A stretch of DNA of 63,314 nt, the filler included, from Choristocarpus tenellus KU-1152 (lineage: Eukaryota; Protista; Phaeophyceae): NCBI GenBank assembly GCA_964200185.2. It is 12 parts of 12 records of this genome, joined end to end, with 100 filler letters (N's around TTAATTAATTAA, not from the genome) between each part and the next. Parts side by side here need not be neighbours in the genome. Positions count along the whole stretch, not along the records: positions 36,057 to 44,978 come from CAXNAD020004195.1; positions 45,079 to 48,316 come from CAXNAD020021331.1; positions 48,417 to 54,580 come from CAXNAD020008788.1; 9 more parts are not named here. One strand, 5' to 3'. This document shows, one piece after another, positions 38,349 through 50,659 of the stretch. Position numbers and translations under genes: made by a program. Each line of letters opens with the position of its first letter. The stretch's first letter is position 1. The notes beneath the pieces were generated by a model, which was not told the origin of the DNA, searched no databases, and saw only the letters and a program-made list of their open reading frames with translations.

Positions 38349-40889
38349 GTGAGTACAGTGAGTCCCTTTTTTTGTTCTTATCCCTCAAATTTCTTATATA
38401 TTTTCCCTGCCACAAATTGCTCACTCTTTGAGCGAGGTCACCAAATTCACTTTCCTCTTTTGGCTATCTCCTGGTCCCTTGCCTCATGACCCCCTCCCAC
38501 TGTGACTGTGCATTGCCTAAGACAATCAGATGACTGTCTTCACGGATGAACCTTTGAGAAAAAAAACTTGCAAAGACAATAATTGCACGAGCCAAGTGTG
38601 GCTGCTAACAATGACTCCATGTTGGGCTTGGGACATGGCAACTGCTACATGAGACAGGAACTGCTTTTCTGTAGGGTGTGAAGACAGTTACTTCCTACTG
38701 CAGTCAACGATGCCTCTCTTTTCTGGCCCAGCTCACTCTGCTCCATTTTTATTTTTTTAGTTGGACAATTTCTCATGACACATACTGAGTGGATACATGC
38801 ACAACAAAAATTTAGCCTTTTCTCTGGGGTATATCAAAGTACTGCTATTTTATGTAGTACCAATGCAGTTTGCAGTATAAATTTAGTAAAAATGTAGAGT
38901 GTGTATTGATAGGTTCAAGATAAATTTGAAGAGAGTAGATTCAACAAGATTGGACTCACAAGAAATCTCAAAATTTGCAACCTCTTGGCTTTGGTCACCA
39001 TTTCAGGAAAAAACAAGGAAAAAACCTATGCCCCTCAGTAGGGGTCCTTCCCCCTGGAATTCGTAGCCAGTACATACCTAGTGCAATGCAATTTTCATGA
39101 GCATCCAACGCATCAATTCTGCTCTATTGTGCAACAGAAAATGAGTAGACATTTTCCAAAACAGACCAGGAACCAACATTTCTAAGATATAAGAATCATA
39201 CTTAACCCCTACCCTAATACAGAAGCAAAAAGCATGTTTCTTTGTTCAAGGTGTTATGCAAGATATTCTATAGGTGGGAAGGTTTCTCCTTGTAAAATAT
39301 CCTCCAGACCTTGAACCCTCATGATGGCATGACTCATGAAGGGCAGGTCAGAATCACCCATACCCCCTACCTGCCCAGGTTTGAGATAATATAACTCTCC
39401 TTCACCCTCCATTTTCATCACGTGAATCCAAATTGATTGATACATCTGATTGGTGCTATGTTTGATGGTGGTTTGGTTTAATCATCAAGTGGGACCATTT
39501 CAAAAAGGCTTCTCATTCATTTGAGGGGGGGGGGGGGGGACTGTCCTTGAAAGTTTAGTAGAGGTCCAACCAGAGTCCAGTATCACTGGTGCTTGCAGTG
39601 GTTGTGGAAATGACCTGGATTTTAGGCCAACAAAACCACTCTACACAAATTGGAACTATGTGCATTTAGCTCCTTCCTCTTTCCAATCCACCCTCCAATT
39701 TTATTGCACTGAATTTATCAATAGGTATCTCTGAGAGAAATGAGCAAGTAGCTGTAATCTTATCACATTTGGTACAGAGGTAATCGTCCCAGTGAAGAGA
39801 GGAGCAAATCACCCAAGAGATGGATCGATTTTGGACCTTCTTGATTCTCAAGGACTCTTTGAACCTTACACACCTTGCCCACGCCTGAAAGAAATTAACC
39901 CCCATTAGGAGCATGTGACAGTAGAAGAAAAGACTAGTTATTATGATAACACATTGTTAGCCAAAAACATCCTCCATGGTGCCTTCCACAGTGCTCAAAA
40001 CACGTGTGTCCCAAGGCAGTCATAAGGACCCTAATACCTCATTGACACCTTCCTCTTTGATAGTGTGACTTGATTTACTATTTGACTCTGGCTGGAGCAG
40101 TGCAATTAATTTGCACCAAAAATGTACATATATTATGGAGGGAACAAGGCTTTCATAATAATAATTCTGTCAGTACTCTATACAACTTTTGGACTTGGGA
40201 ACTGTGTGGGGCGGAGTACTTTCACTATATTACTACTGTACTAAGGGCAACAGAATTTCTCTGAAGCTGAAGAAAAGCTAATGTGACAAAAAATAAACAT
40301 CCCACTTCGCCCAGAAGCACCACCAAACGGGGAACCAGGCCACCCAGCTCAAGAGATGTCACTCGTTTGGATTTCTGACAGGTCACTCTCATGTGCATGT
40401 ACCCAATGTGTGTAGTGTACAACCTGTAGACACTGTACCAATCATACCCCCCCCTTTGGTCTATCATCAGCACCAATCACTCATCACTTGTACACACACC
40501 TATGTGCAAAGGTCAGGGTAGCACAAAGTAGAGAGAGGCGAGAGTAGCAACAGAGACAGAAGAAACTTTAAAAAGAAATACATAAGAGAAACTGCACTAC
40601 AGTACTGTAGAAAGTCTAAGGCAACAGGCTGAATTCAACTCAACACAAAAAAGAAATGATCGCATGGGGAAACAAAACATAAACAAATACAAAATAAGGC
40701 AACTCCTGTGATTCTCAGTGAGCCCCCAACGGTAATCTGGTCAGTCTAGTCACACATAACTGTCTCATACAGTACAAAACGGCCCCTGGGTAACAAATAC
40801 TGGTGTGGGTTATATCCAATAGAGGAAAGTATATTGACTGTGGAATTCTGTTTGAGAGAAGCTGAATAAACCTTCCCACCTTCCCTCAA

Positions 40890-43800
40890 TCACCGACTTG
40901 AAAGCACATCAATTATGAGCTCCCTGCTGAGCATCTTGAAGCCCTGTGAAGATCAGGTAGGCAGGGTTTTGAGGGGGGGGGGGGGGGCACTGAGTAAACA
41001 CTATCAACACCACAAGACAAGCAAGGTCAATGAAGTGTTGCAACTACAAACTAAGACACTGGGTGGGAGCGCACCTCAGACTTAGATACAACATCGAAGT
41101 GTCGAACAATGAAGCGCATACAGATCTCACGGAGGCGTGTGGCATGCTGCTCATCGCTGGCATGGAGCAAAGCAGTGGCATTATTTTCACTGATGCCCTT
41201 CTGCACTGCTAGCTCACACAGGCCCTACCAAGATCAAGATAAGAGTAAGAGTTACGTTGTGAGGCTGTCAGTAATTTTCAAGAGCCTATCTTGAGCAATC
41301 ACAAAAATTATCACACTCTTACGCCATCCCATAATTGTAGCACTGGTTTCCCCACATAGCCCCGCACTCCTGCTTCCATTCCCTAGAAATATTTTGAATA
41401 GTAATAGGAAATATACAAAATGACTGCAGAGGGAGGGGCAACAACACAAAAAAAGGTCTACGCAGGGAAGATGTTTCAGCAATCAACACAATATCGCTTC
41501 CGATGGAACTACCCCTTGAAAACACTCATCTCCAGTTCCTCCAAAATCAGTGTTACAGAATGTTATCATGCATTAGTCCTGCTAATAAAACTGCAGGTAC
41601 TCAGGCTACGCATTACCGCAGGAGTATTTTGCAAATAGGACAACAGTTCACTTTATGGAATAGGTTATGGTTTCGCACCTTGAGTCGATCAATTGTGTAA
41701 AGGTCAGCTGCAATGTAGAGTTCGACAGAATCCTCAAGGCTGACATCAACACTGCATTTCCAAAATGTCAATCCGCACCAGTCCAAACGAGGTAAAGGGG
41801 AGGGAAGAGAGATATTACACATTAATTAATGTGAGTGCATACTAGAGTACACACGCATCAGAACTCTGGACACGAAAAAGACTCAGCTTCACTGCAACTA
41901 TATTTCTTACCCACAATAGCACTATAGCAAACACAAAAATCGAAGTATAGATCTGAACATCAAAAACCATGATCCATAACATGGAAAACACTATTGCTAC
42001 CACTTTGTACAGGCCATCCAAACCTGGTTTGCAATGGAATTCAAATGAAAGACACACTTGTGTTTAGATGCTGACTGCAGCAGGTGCAAAGGCAGTGGGA
42101 GGATGGCAGGAGGGTTGTCTAAATTGTTGAAGAGCAATGCAAAGCACCTCTTACACTCTCCTATCGCAAAAAACTTCAGGACTTCCCTACAACTGCTGAA
42201 TCGCCTAAATTGGGGAGAAATGCCTTTAAAATTGTATCCACTAAGCAACCTGTAATCACTCTCCCTCATGTATATTTCTTCCCGCCCACAATCATTAAAT
42301 ACAATGTCTTGGCTACTTTGAAGTGTTTGTTGGGTATTAAGTCAGTGGAAATTCTTCACTCTTCTGAGGGTGGTAGTGTCTAACATCCATGAAACCGAAG
42401 TATCTCAGCCCCAAAACCGTGCACTATCAAGGAGAAGTAATTCCTTCTTCTCGAGATACACAATGCAGATACACTAGTCGATCTCACCCCTATCCCAAAG
42501 CCCACCTGTCAACATAGATGTACTCCAACAGGGCCTTGAAGATGGGAAGACGTATATTGGGAATGATCACCTGACCCTCATGGCACTCACGCATGCCAGA
42601 GGTAAACATAGCATGGAAATGTTGGCAACGAACAGCGAGGATGGCCTGCATATTTTTTCCATACACCAACCGGGAAAATGGGAGTAGGGGCACAGGGGCC
42701 AAGCCATAGTAGTATGGGGGGTGAGAGGACTTTGAATGAGAGATTCAAAAAAGGCTGTGGGGGACCCACAGCCTGCCAACTACACAATCATTCTTGTATG
42801 CAAACACAAGTCATGAGACAGAAATCAAGTTGAGACAAATCACATCCAATTATCATGCATCCTTCCCTAGTATGCAGGCACAACCAGTTACACTGCCACA
42901 CAGGACATACTGAGTACCTTGGAGGAACTTGGAGGGCATGCACCAACACTGGATATATTGCACAAAACTTGAAAAGTGTTTATACACTGCTCACCTCAAG
43001 CTATACCAAGCTAAACCAATACTGCCAATGATTTGCAGCTAACACATGGCACAACAGAAAAGGTAGTATGGGCAAGCACAGGAATTGATTCTTCCCCTCA
43101 AATGTGAATTGATGGCATTTGATGTACATGGTGAATAAATGCCTCACTGTCATCTTCAGTAGCTTTAGAGTTCAATAGTAAGTTGCACAGAAAGGGGTGT
43201 AGTAGCAGAAGATTTGCTAGGCATCTGCATGACATATTGACTACAGTGTATTCCATAGCCCCATCACACCACCTTGTGGGCATGCACAGGACTGCCCTGG
43301 ACCATGAAGGTGACATCAGAGAGGTCCGAGTTGTCTAACAGGCTCCGTAGGTCTCCCAAAAAGGTTGAACACATCGATCCAATCGCAGAGTTCGACATAC
43401 CATTATCTGCCAATGCGGTTGTGTGCTCATTATAAGACGCCACCTGTGGAATCAAAATTTAGGAACGGTATGATGTTGGCTTATGGTAGGCAGTGGGTGT
43501 GCACAGGAATGTGAGGGGAGTGATTCACACACCAGTGTTCCTAGGGGGGCTGAAACACCAGCAAACAGGGTGACACAGTTCCCTGAGCTCCCTTGGGGGG
43601 CTGAAACACCAGCAAACAGGGTGACACAGTTCCCTGAGCTCCCTTGGTGTGAGCAGCAGAGACACATACATGTGGGGTGGGTGGCACATCATCTGTGGTT
43701 CCTCCAACATATATGGGCAAGGGATATCTTGTTTGGTAGGTGGACCAGTTCTGTTCTGTACAGATAAACTAATACTCCTCAAGTCGTACATCACCATGCA

Positions 43801-44802
43801 TACTTCCCCTGACAAGAGGTGTGTCCTTCAGGATGACGTTCAGATTATCAGTGAGGAAGGGCAGCAACAACAGAAAATGGGAGATAAAGAGGGATAAAGA
43901 GGGATAAAGAGGGATTAGGGAGTTTTCACCTTGATAACATGCAGGTTGGAGAGGCACTCCACCAGTGTTGGCACAGTGACCTTGCTCACGTCCCCATGTC
44001 CCAACTTTCCATGGTCCCCATTCCCAAAGGTGTAAACCTGAGCACCATTGACATTGTTGCAGAGGAGGAGGAAATGGTAGGAGAGGTCATACATCCTGCA
44101 TTCCCCTCTTTCCATACTTCCCAAACCTTTGGTGGTACATGCTACCAACCACAGCACGGTACTTCTCACTAAAACATATCCAGTCGCCATGCTATGCAAC
44201 TAAAATAAACTAGACAACTTGTAAAACATAATTCAGGACTACTAGTACATTGTTGAGATTGACTCACTCACTCCAGACAGGCTTCCTATTTAGGCACCTC
44301 CTTTGTGCCAACATCATCCAAGACAGAAAAATGAAGAGTTGTACATAACAATACATAACAATACATAGATTACTTTCCGTATCCCAGAAAGGGGGATCGC
44401 AAGTTGTTCAAGGACATCAAATAGCAGTTCAAGGACATCAAAAAGCAGTTCAAGACTGGGGAGCTTGCTCACCAAGGAAGTGCTGGAAAAGGAACATCCA
44501 AAACTTTTCCACATTTAATATATCCTCCCATTTTCTGTTCTCTTCAAACTTGGTATAACCTCCTACAGCACCATCCAAATGAATCACTCACATACTCACA
44601 TACTCACATACAAACCAAACTACAAAACATGAAACCAGATAGCGTACATATCTCAAAACCTACTCATACCAAACCATACCTTTCCCGTGTTGGTGAGACC
44701 AACAGTGTGGCTCCATCCACAGGTTATCTGCACCAGTGGGTGAGGCAGAAGCCCCTCCACCAAGGTAGGAGAGGTCTTGTTCATCTTGTCCCCATGTCCC
44801 AG
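40890..44802 (-). CDS. RCC1-repeat and BTB/POZ domain protein (RCBTB-like), last seven exons
   Basis: Exons 44802-44680, 44037-43930, 43443-43273, 42645-42506, 41751-41679, 41224-41075, 40943-40890 (stop); LGHGD..QITCGWSHTV, VYTFGNGDHGKLGHG, SDVTFMVQGSPVHAHKAILAVRCQHFHAMFTSGMRE, FKALLEYIY, AADLY..LKGLCE. Confidence 0.93.
43544..43647. repeat. 51-bp perfect tandem duplication in intron
   Basis: GGGGGGCTGAAACACCAGCAAACAGGGTGACACAGTTCCCTGAGCTCCCTT x2. Confidence 0.92.
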
Positions 44803-45078
44803 CTGTACATGGACATAGGGGGGTATTAGGCAAGGGTTGAGATGCTTCTCCATCTTTGATTTGATGCAGGTAACAGATATCACTCCATCATTACAACAAG
44901 GAAAACAAAGCAGGGATTGTCAAAGCAAACTTCCCAGGGGGGAGGGCCACAAGCATAGTAACAGCCTCAACAATTTAGNNNNNNNNNNNNNNNNNNNNNN
45001 NNNNNNNNNNNNNNNNNNNNNNTTAATTAATTAANNNNNNNNNNNNNNNNNNNNNNNNNNNNNNNNNNNNNNNNNNNN

Positions 45079-45142
45079 GGAAGCCAAGCCCCACAAATGG
45101 ACAAACAGGGAAAAAATCGTACCCTCTAAGATAGTTTCTCTC
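45079..45142 (+). mobile_element. MITE family 1, partial (contig start)
   Basis: ..AAATGGACAAACAGGG..TACCCTCTAAGATAGTTTCTCTC. Confidence 0.8.
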
Positions 45143-46599
45143 CATATGTTCCAAACTGCGCATGGCACACAAACTTTGATATGTTCATGCTATCTTGGGA
45201 GCATTTTACCTGCTTGTTGAAGTTATACTTAGAACAGTTTGTGGTGGTAACATGTATCACAACGCTGTGTTTACTGCTGTCCAATGATGCATGAAACATT
45301 GCTGGTCCATTGTTGCGCTTGTACTGCAAGGTATGAGGTTTATGTAGTTCGACTTAACCACCTGTTTCATGTCACTGTATTTGTTGAGCATTTTCTTACA
45401 GGTGCTATGTTGCCCAAAATGTAGTCATACTTCAAAATGTCTACTTTTCAACAAATATTTGTCACATGGATGTGAGAGGGCGGTATACCACCTTATCTCT
45501 CAGAGAATGTCAAGCCGATTGTACTAGGTTGCCTGCGACCTTAATGCAAACGGTCGTACCCTGCACCACACTTCTGAAGTCTGTGGTTATTGTCATTTTG
45601 ATTTGTTGGTCGAGGAAGGTCCCTCATACATGAAATACATAATCACACACACTCACACACACACAGTGTGATGATGCCAACCCAAAGATGGAGTGCATCC
45701 CAGGGGTGAACCCTGTTGAGGGAAATCGGGATCGTTTGGTACAATCATGATGTACATGGCGAGTTTGGGTGAGTCTTTATTGTGGCCATACAGTGGAGAG
45801 GCTATAAGTGTGTGTTTGTCGTGGCACTGTAAAGATGAATGGCTGCATTCGCACTCGTGGCAAGCTTTGCCTTAAGGGGAGACGTGTTGTCAACGGCCCC
45901 TTTCCCCCAGTACATCCTCTCAAACCACTGTCTGCCAAAGTTTTCCTCAAGTGTACCAGGATCCCTGTCAGTCCCCTGCAGGCAACGTTTGTCTACCTGT
46001 GCTCGAGGTAGCGATCTTCTTTCTCCTTAATTTCGTGCTTTCATCTGCCCCTAAATGCAATGGGTGGCCTAGGGTCATAGTCTATAGAAGGTTGCACATA
46101 TTAGGGTGTTACTAGAAGGAGTCAATGGAGAATTATCAGAAATAAGAGTGATACTGACTTGTGGGCATGGTCCGTGTAATTTGAAATCACCATAAGTGTT
46201 CCAGTCACAAAGCTCACTGTGTGTTCATTTTGGCAATGTATATAGTCCCTTACAGATGGACTTTGCCAACCCTTGCATATAGCCCCTTGTCGAACTGTGC
46301 ATATATGAGGCATGGGAAATGGAGGCGTCGTTTTCAGTCCACCAGCACGCGCCAAGTCAAGTCTGGAAGGCGTAGTCTTTCTCAGTGTAGTTGTTGAGGA
46401 CAGCTACCACGCAGTAGTTGATCGCACAAATTGAGACATTTTGTAACTAAAAGAAGCGTTTGACCTGTGTAGACCTACAAATAAACACTCAAGGCTGGCT
46501 GTGGCAGTCTCTTACGGGTTTAATTGCGTCTGCACTCTTCCATATTGTTAGCCAGTCGCGCAACAAGTTAGACGTTTAGGCTTGGCACTGAGTTTAGGA

Positions 46600-47150
46600 G
46601 AGGGTTAGCCTCTGCTGCAATGGCCAAACGGCCCAATGCTGTCTGCATGGTGACATTGTCCTTTTGCGTGTTGACAGTGATGACCTCAGGATTGGTATGG
46701 GATGCAACCGTGGTGGATGGTGTGTCGCAGTCAGAATAACTTTAGGCCAGTTGTCAGACTTGTGCACCTCAATACCCAGACCTATTAAACCACTAATCCT
46801 CGAAACCTTAGTGTTTTTGTTGCGCATAATGGCCGAACCTTGCATACCTACTAGCCAGTGTGTTGATGAAATGCAGTGGAAATTCGGTGCTCATTTTGCA
46901 ACCCACTCCACCCATTATCTTATAGCACGTGATGGTCGATCATAGAACAGATGAACTGAGATACAGAACTTGTATTGTTGTTCTTGCTAGTAACTGCAGC
47001 GTGAATGGCTACTATACGCTGCTTTTCCGTCACATTGTGAGGGCTCCCAACAACTTTGAGCTTTGCATGGGTGGATTTTCACATTCTTCTCCACTTCAGT
47101 GTTTCTCTGGGGGAAGTAGGGCAAGCTGTAGCAGGGTATGGAACCCAATT
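46600..47150 (+). mobile_element. Probable degenerate Helitron RepHel N-terminal remnant
   Basis: QCCLHGDIVL (cf. CCxxGKVxL) followed by FRHIVRAPNNFELCMG (cf. FxxxIRxYNxxFAFxSxG). Confidence 0.4.
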
Positions 47151-47190
47151 TGTTGATCACTTGGCGAACATCATGATTCTTAATTCTTGA

Positions 47191-47369
47191 GGCTCAAAGT
47201 ATCTGGGGGGGGGGGGGGTTCTACACCAGGGTGTCCATCTGGGCCCTGACCAGGAATATTGCACTTACATTATGTATCTGCCTCATGCAACCAAATCAAC
47301 CAAAAATTGCGACATGGAAAAGTGAGCCCCAACTGGATCGCCGCGAATCCCCCACAGATACTTTGAGCC
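47191..47369 (+). mobile_element. MITE family 2, full length (179 bp)
   Basis: TIRs GGCTCAAAGTATCTG / CAGATACTTTGAGCC; 3-bp TSD TGA/TGA. Confidence 0.88.
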
Positions 47370-49829
47370 TGATCTGTTATCAGACTACTAAATGACTGGA
47401 ACAACCTGAAGTTCGATGATGCTGCAGGCGAATTCAGTCATGAAGCTATTTTTTCCCTGCTTGTGTTACAAAGCAGAGGGTGGTTGTAGACATGGTACAG
47501 TGCAAAAGTTGTACATATAGTATGAGCAATCAACACCATCAAATAAGCTGAACCAACACATGTAGGTATTGTGTAGATAGCGGCTTGTGCGAGTGATGGA
47601 ATGGACGACTCACACCACACCTGAAGTAAGGAAGGGAGATGGTCCTCATTCCCATTTTCGAACTGGAAATTTCATCCTTGTGACCTCAAACACAATGCCT
47701 TCCTGACAGTGTCAGATCTGTCCTTCATAACGAAGTCAGTTTTTGTGATGTCAGCACTACTTCAACTTCCCATTCTAATATGTTTGGAGAGGTTCAGACA
47801 GAGAATTTTAATAGGCAATAACACCCGTGATGAATGAGACAAGATTGTGTGTATTGTCCTCTTCGTATCTTTCATATGTGACCCATAATTGTATACACTT
47901 AGACCTTATCACAGTTGCGAAAGATGTAGTCAAAGACATTGACTGCATGATGAAGGGAGGTCCGACATTATCGCAGAGGCCTTGAGCATGGGATTTGAAG
48001 ATGAAAACGGAACAAGGGCCATCTCCCTTCCTCGAATAACCTTTATATGTTTGTTCAGCCTATTCAATGGGTTTATTGCCCATACTACACGTACAACATT
48101 TACACCGTATAATGGTACCAATAGATTATGCCTCTGGGGTTGTCCCGGCATAACGTTTGATGCAGACATCCGGTTTTAAAATAAAAGCATATTCGTGATG
48201 CCTGTCACACTGCCCTCCAGAGTACAGACTTCGATTTTTTTTGCCATTTTTTTTTTTTTTAAAAATGAACACTCATATTGTGGTTCGAACCCGGGATTGT
48301 TGGTTAGCAAGAGTGGNNNNNNNNNNNNNNNNNNNNNNNNNNNNNNNNNNNNNNNNNNNNTTAATTAATTAANNNNNNNNNNNNNNNNNNNNNNNNNNNN
48401 NNNNNNNNNNNNNNNNCTCCGTCCCCACGCACCTTCGTCACTCTGCTCTCCCTACTCCCCCCCCCCCCCCCCCCCCAAGATACTCTGAACCTTAAAGATG
48501 TCAAATAACGTAGCTTTGAGTGTTAAAATTATTGAAGGTTTGAAATTCTAATTTCAAATCTGGGGCAGAAACACTGCTTGTCAATTAAATTAAAATTTCG
48601 TAGACTATTAAATACAACAAAATTTGCCAATTTATGGACATAGTATAGCAAAGAGCTTGAACATAAGAAGGGTGCTACTGATTGGTATCTTAAAGAACTA
48701 TAGCTATTGATAATCACTTAATTTACACCTCCATTTTGCATAGGCACTGGCCAGAAGTGTACAGCTTCAGAGCTTTGACACCTAAAATTCTAGAACATAA
48801 TCCAGAGTGCATAAACACTGCAATGAGTGCATCACAAAGTTTGGGACTGCAAATTTCACATAGTGGATTGATGAAGTTTGGATGTCGGTCATGTCAAAAT
48901 TTCACCACCCCCTCTTGCGTGCATTGGTCATAACGTTCAAATAAGCATGAAGAATGCATCTGCCATGTTTGTTTCTGTTTGTTACACCAGTGATCAATCA
49001 ATGAATGCATCAATGAATGCACCTTGATTAATGCATCAAGCCTCTCCTTTACACTGCCTACAGCAACACAACTTGCAGGGAAACATTAATGGCGCGTGGG
49101 ACTAATATGGACAACCCTTATATGCATATACTCTGGAGTATCAACGGTGTGAACTGGTGACCAAGATTGGCGTGCCATTTCAAGTTATGACCAAACTGGG
49201 CACTACAAGTGCATTACCATTATCCCATTTCAGTCAGCTAAAAACTGGGAAGGCCTGCGGTAGAATATTTGTACAGTGCCTTGACAAGAGACTGAATGAC
49301 TTCAACACAAATTACAAGGAAAGAAGCATCAAGGCTGATACAATTTTCGGAGTAATTGGAGCAGCACACATGTAATGAAGATACAGTATGAGTGGCCTGT
49401 AATGAGGAGTTTGTGCTGAACTAAGGGCATGTTTTTCTTTCTGAAGGAACATTACAGACAAGAAATCAACTGCTGTAGTGGAATATTACTATGTACCCAT
49501 GCTTGACCAGGGTTGCATGGTGGTTTATCTCATCTAAGCTGAAGTCCGAAAGGAGCATTATAACATAGTCCGACAATATATTGTGGCTTTCTTAGCTTTT
49601 TGAACAAACACCAGCAACATCACCAATACTTAAACAATTTAGCAGCAAAACTTGAAGATGCAGACAAGGGTACATTGAAGGAATTAAACCCAAAAGACTA
49701 CTATTACTTCATTCAGAAAATACCAGTAGAAAGACCACAAAGAGCCTATGGTGAGGCTTCTCACCAGTCAGAGGAATAAGTTGTGCTATGGCTATTTGGA
49801 TCATTATGCTATTCCGGTTTTAAGAACCA

Positions 49830-50092
49830 GAGTGAAAGTATCTTAGAGTGTACGAGTTTTGCCCTGTTTGTACTTTTGGTGCTTGGCTTCCCATGGGGTT
49901 TTTTTATGACATTTTCCTACTAAAAAAGGTTTCGGAGTAGGTAAAATGTATACGTTATGAAAAAGGTGTGTCCAGAACAAGGATATTGACACTTCCTAAC
50001 AAACATGATAGCCAAAATTACATCAAAATCACAACATTGGATTTTGAACCTCAATTGGACGCAGCTCTACCCTCTGTAAGATACTTTGGCTC
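49830..50092 (-). mobile_element. MITE family 1, full length
   Basis: GAGTGAAAGTATCTTAG..TAAGATACTTTGGCTC; 4-bp TSD ACCA/ACCA. Confidence 0.92.
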
Positions 50093-50394
50093 ACCACCAA
50101 GCTTCATACATGGAAAATGTGATGCAAAAATGGAAGAAACAGATCCATAGTACTAGTATGAGAATCAGTGATGATTGCCTAGCTTTCCATGTGGATTACA
50201 ACCTTGTGCAAGTGATGGGTGACATGCACAAGGCACAAGTAAAAATTCAGTTGTATTGCAATCGCTAATCCTCCCCCACCTCCCGGTTTAATGGGTCCAT
50301 TGGAAAGGAAAGTAACAAAAAATAAGAACTAGTGTAACCCCAAGTATACTGCATTTAGCACAATGCTTACAAACAGGGGAGTAACGGTGCCTCA

Positions 50395-50659
50395 TATGCT
50401 TCTTATAAATGACAAATTATGCTTCTTATAAATGACAAATTATGCTTCTTACAAATGACAAATTATGCTTCTTACAAATGACAAATTATGCTTCTTACAA
50501 ATGACAAATTATGCTTCTTACAAATGACAAATTATGCTTCTTATAAATGACAAATTATGCTTCTTACAAATGACAAATTATGCTTCTTACAAATGACAAA
50601 TTATGCTTCTTACAAATGACAAATTATGCTTCTTACAAAGGACAAATTATGCTTCTTAC
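50395..50659. repeat. 23-bp minisatellite, about 11.5 copies
   Basis: Unit TATGCTTCTTA(C/T)AAATGACAAAT, no spacers. Confidence 0.96.

Noticed and set aside
39660-40100. Gypsy RT remnant on the minus strand
   Set aside because: Only vague similarity; no YxDD motif visible
48280-48316. tRNA gene
   Set aside because: Only a T-loop/B-box-like motif; no cloverleaf visible; truncated by the contig end
50395-50659. CRISPR-like array (also 6774-6974 and 62438-62668)
   Set aside because: Head-to-tail units with no unique spacers, located in introns, no cas genes
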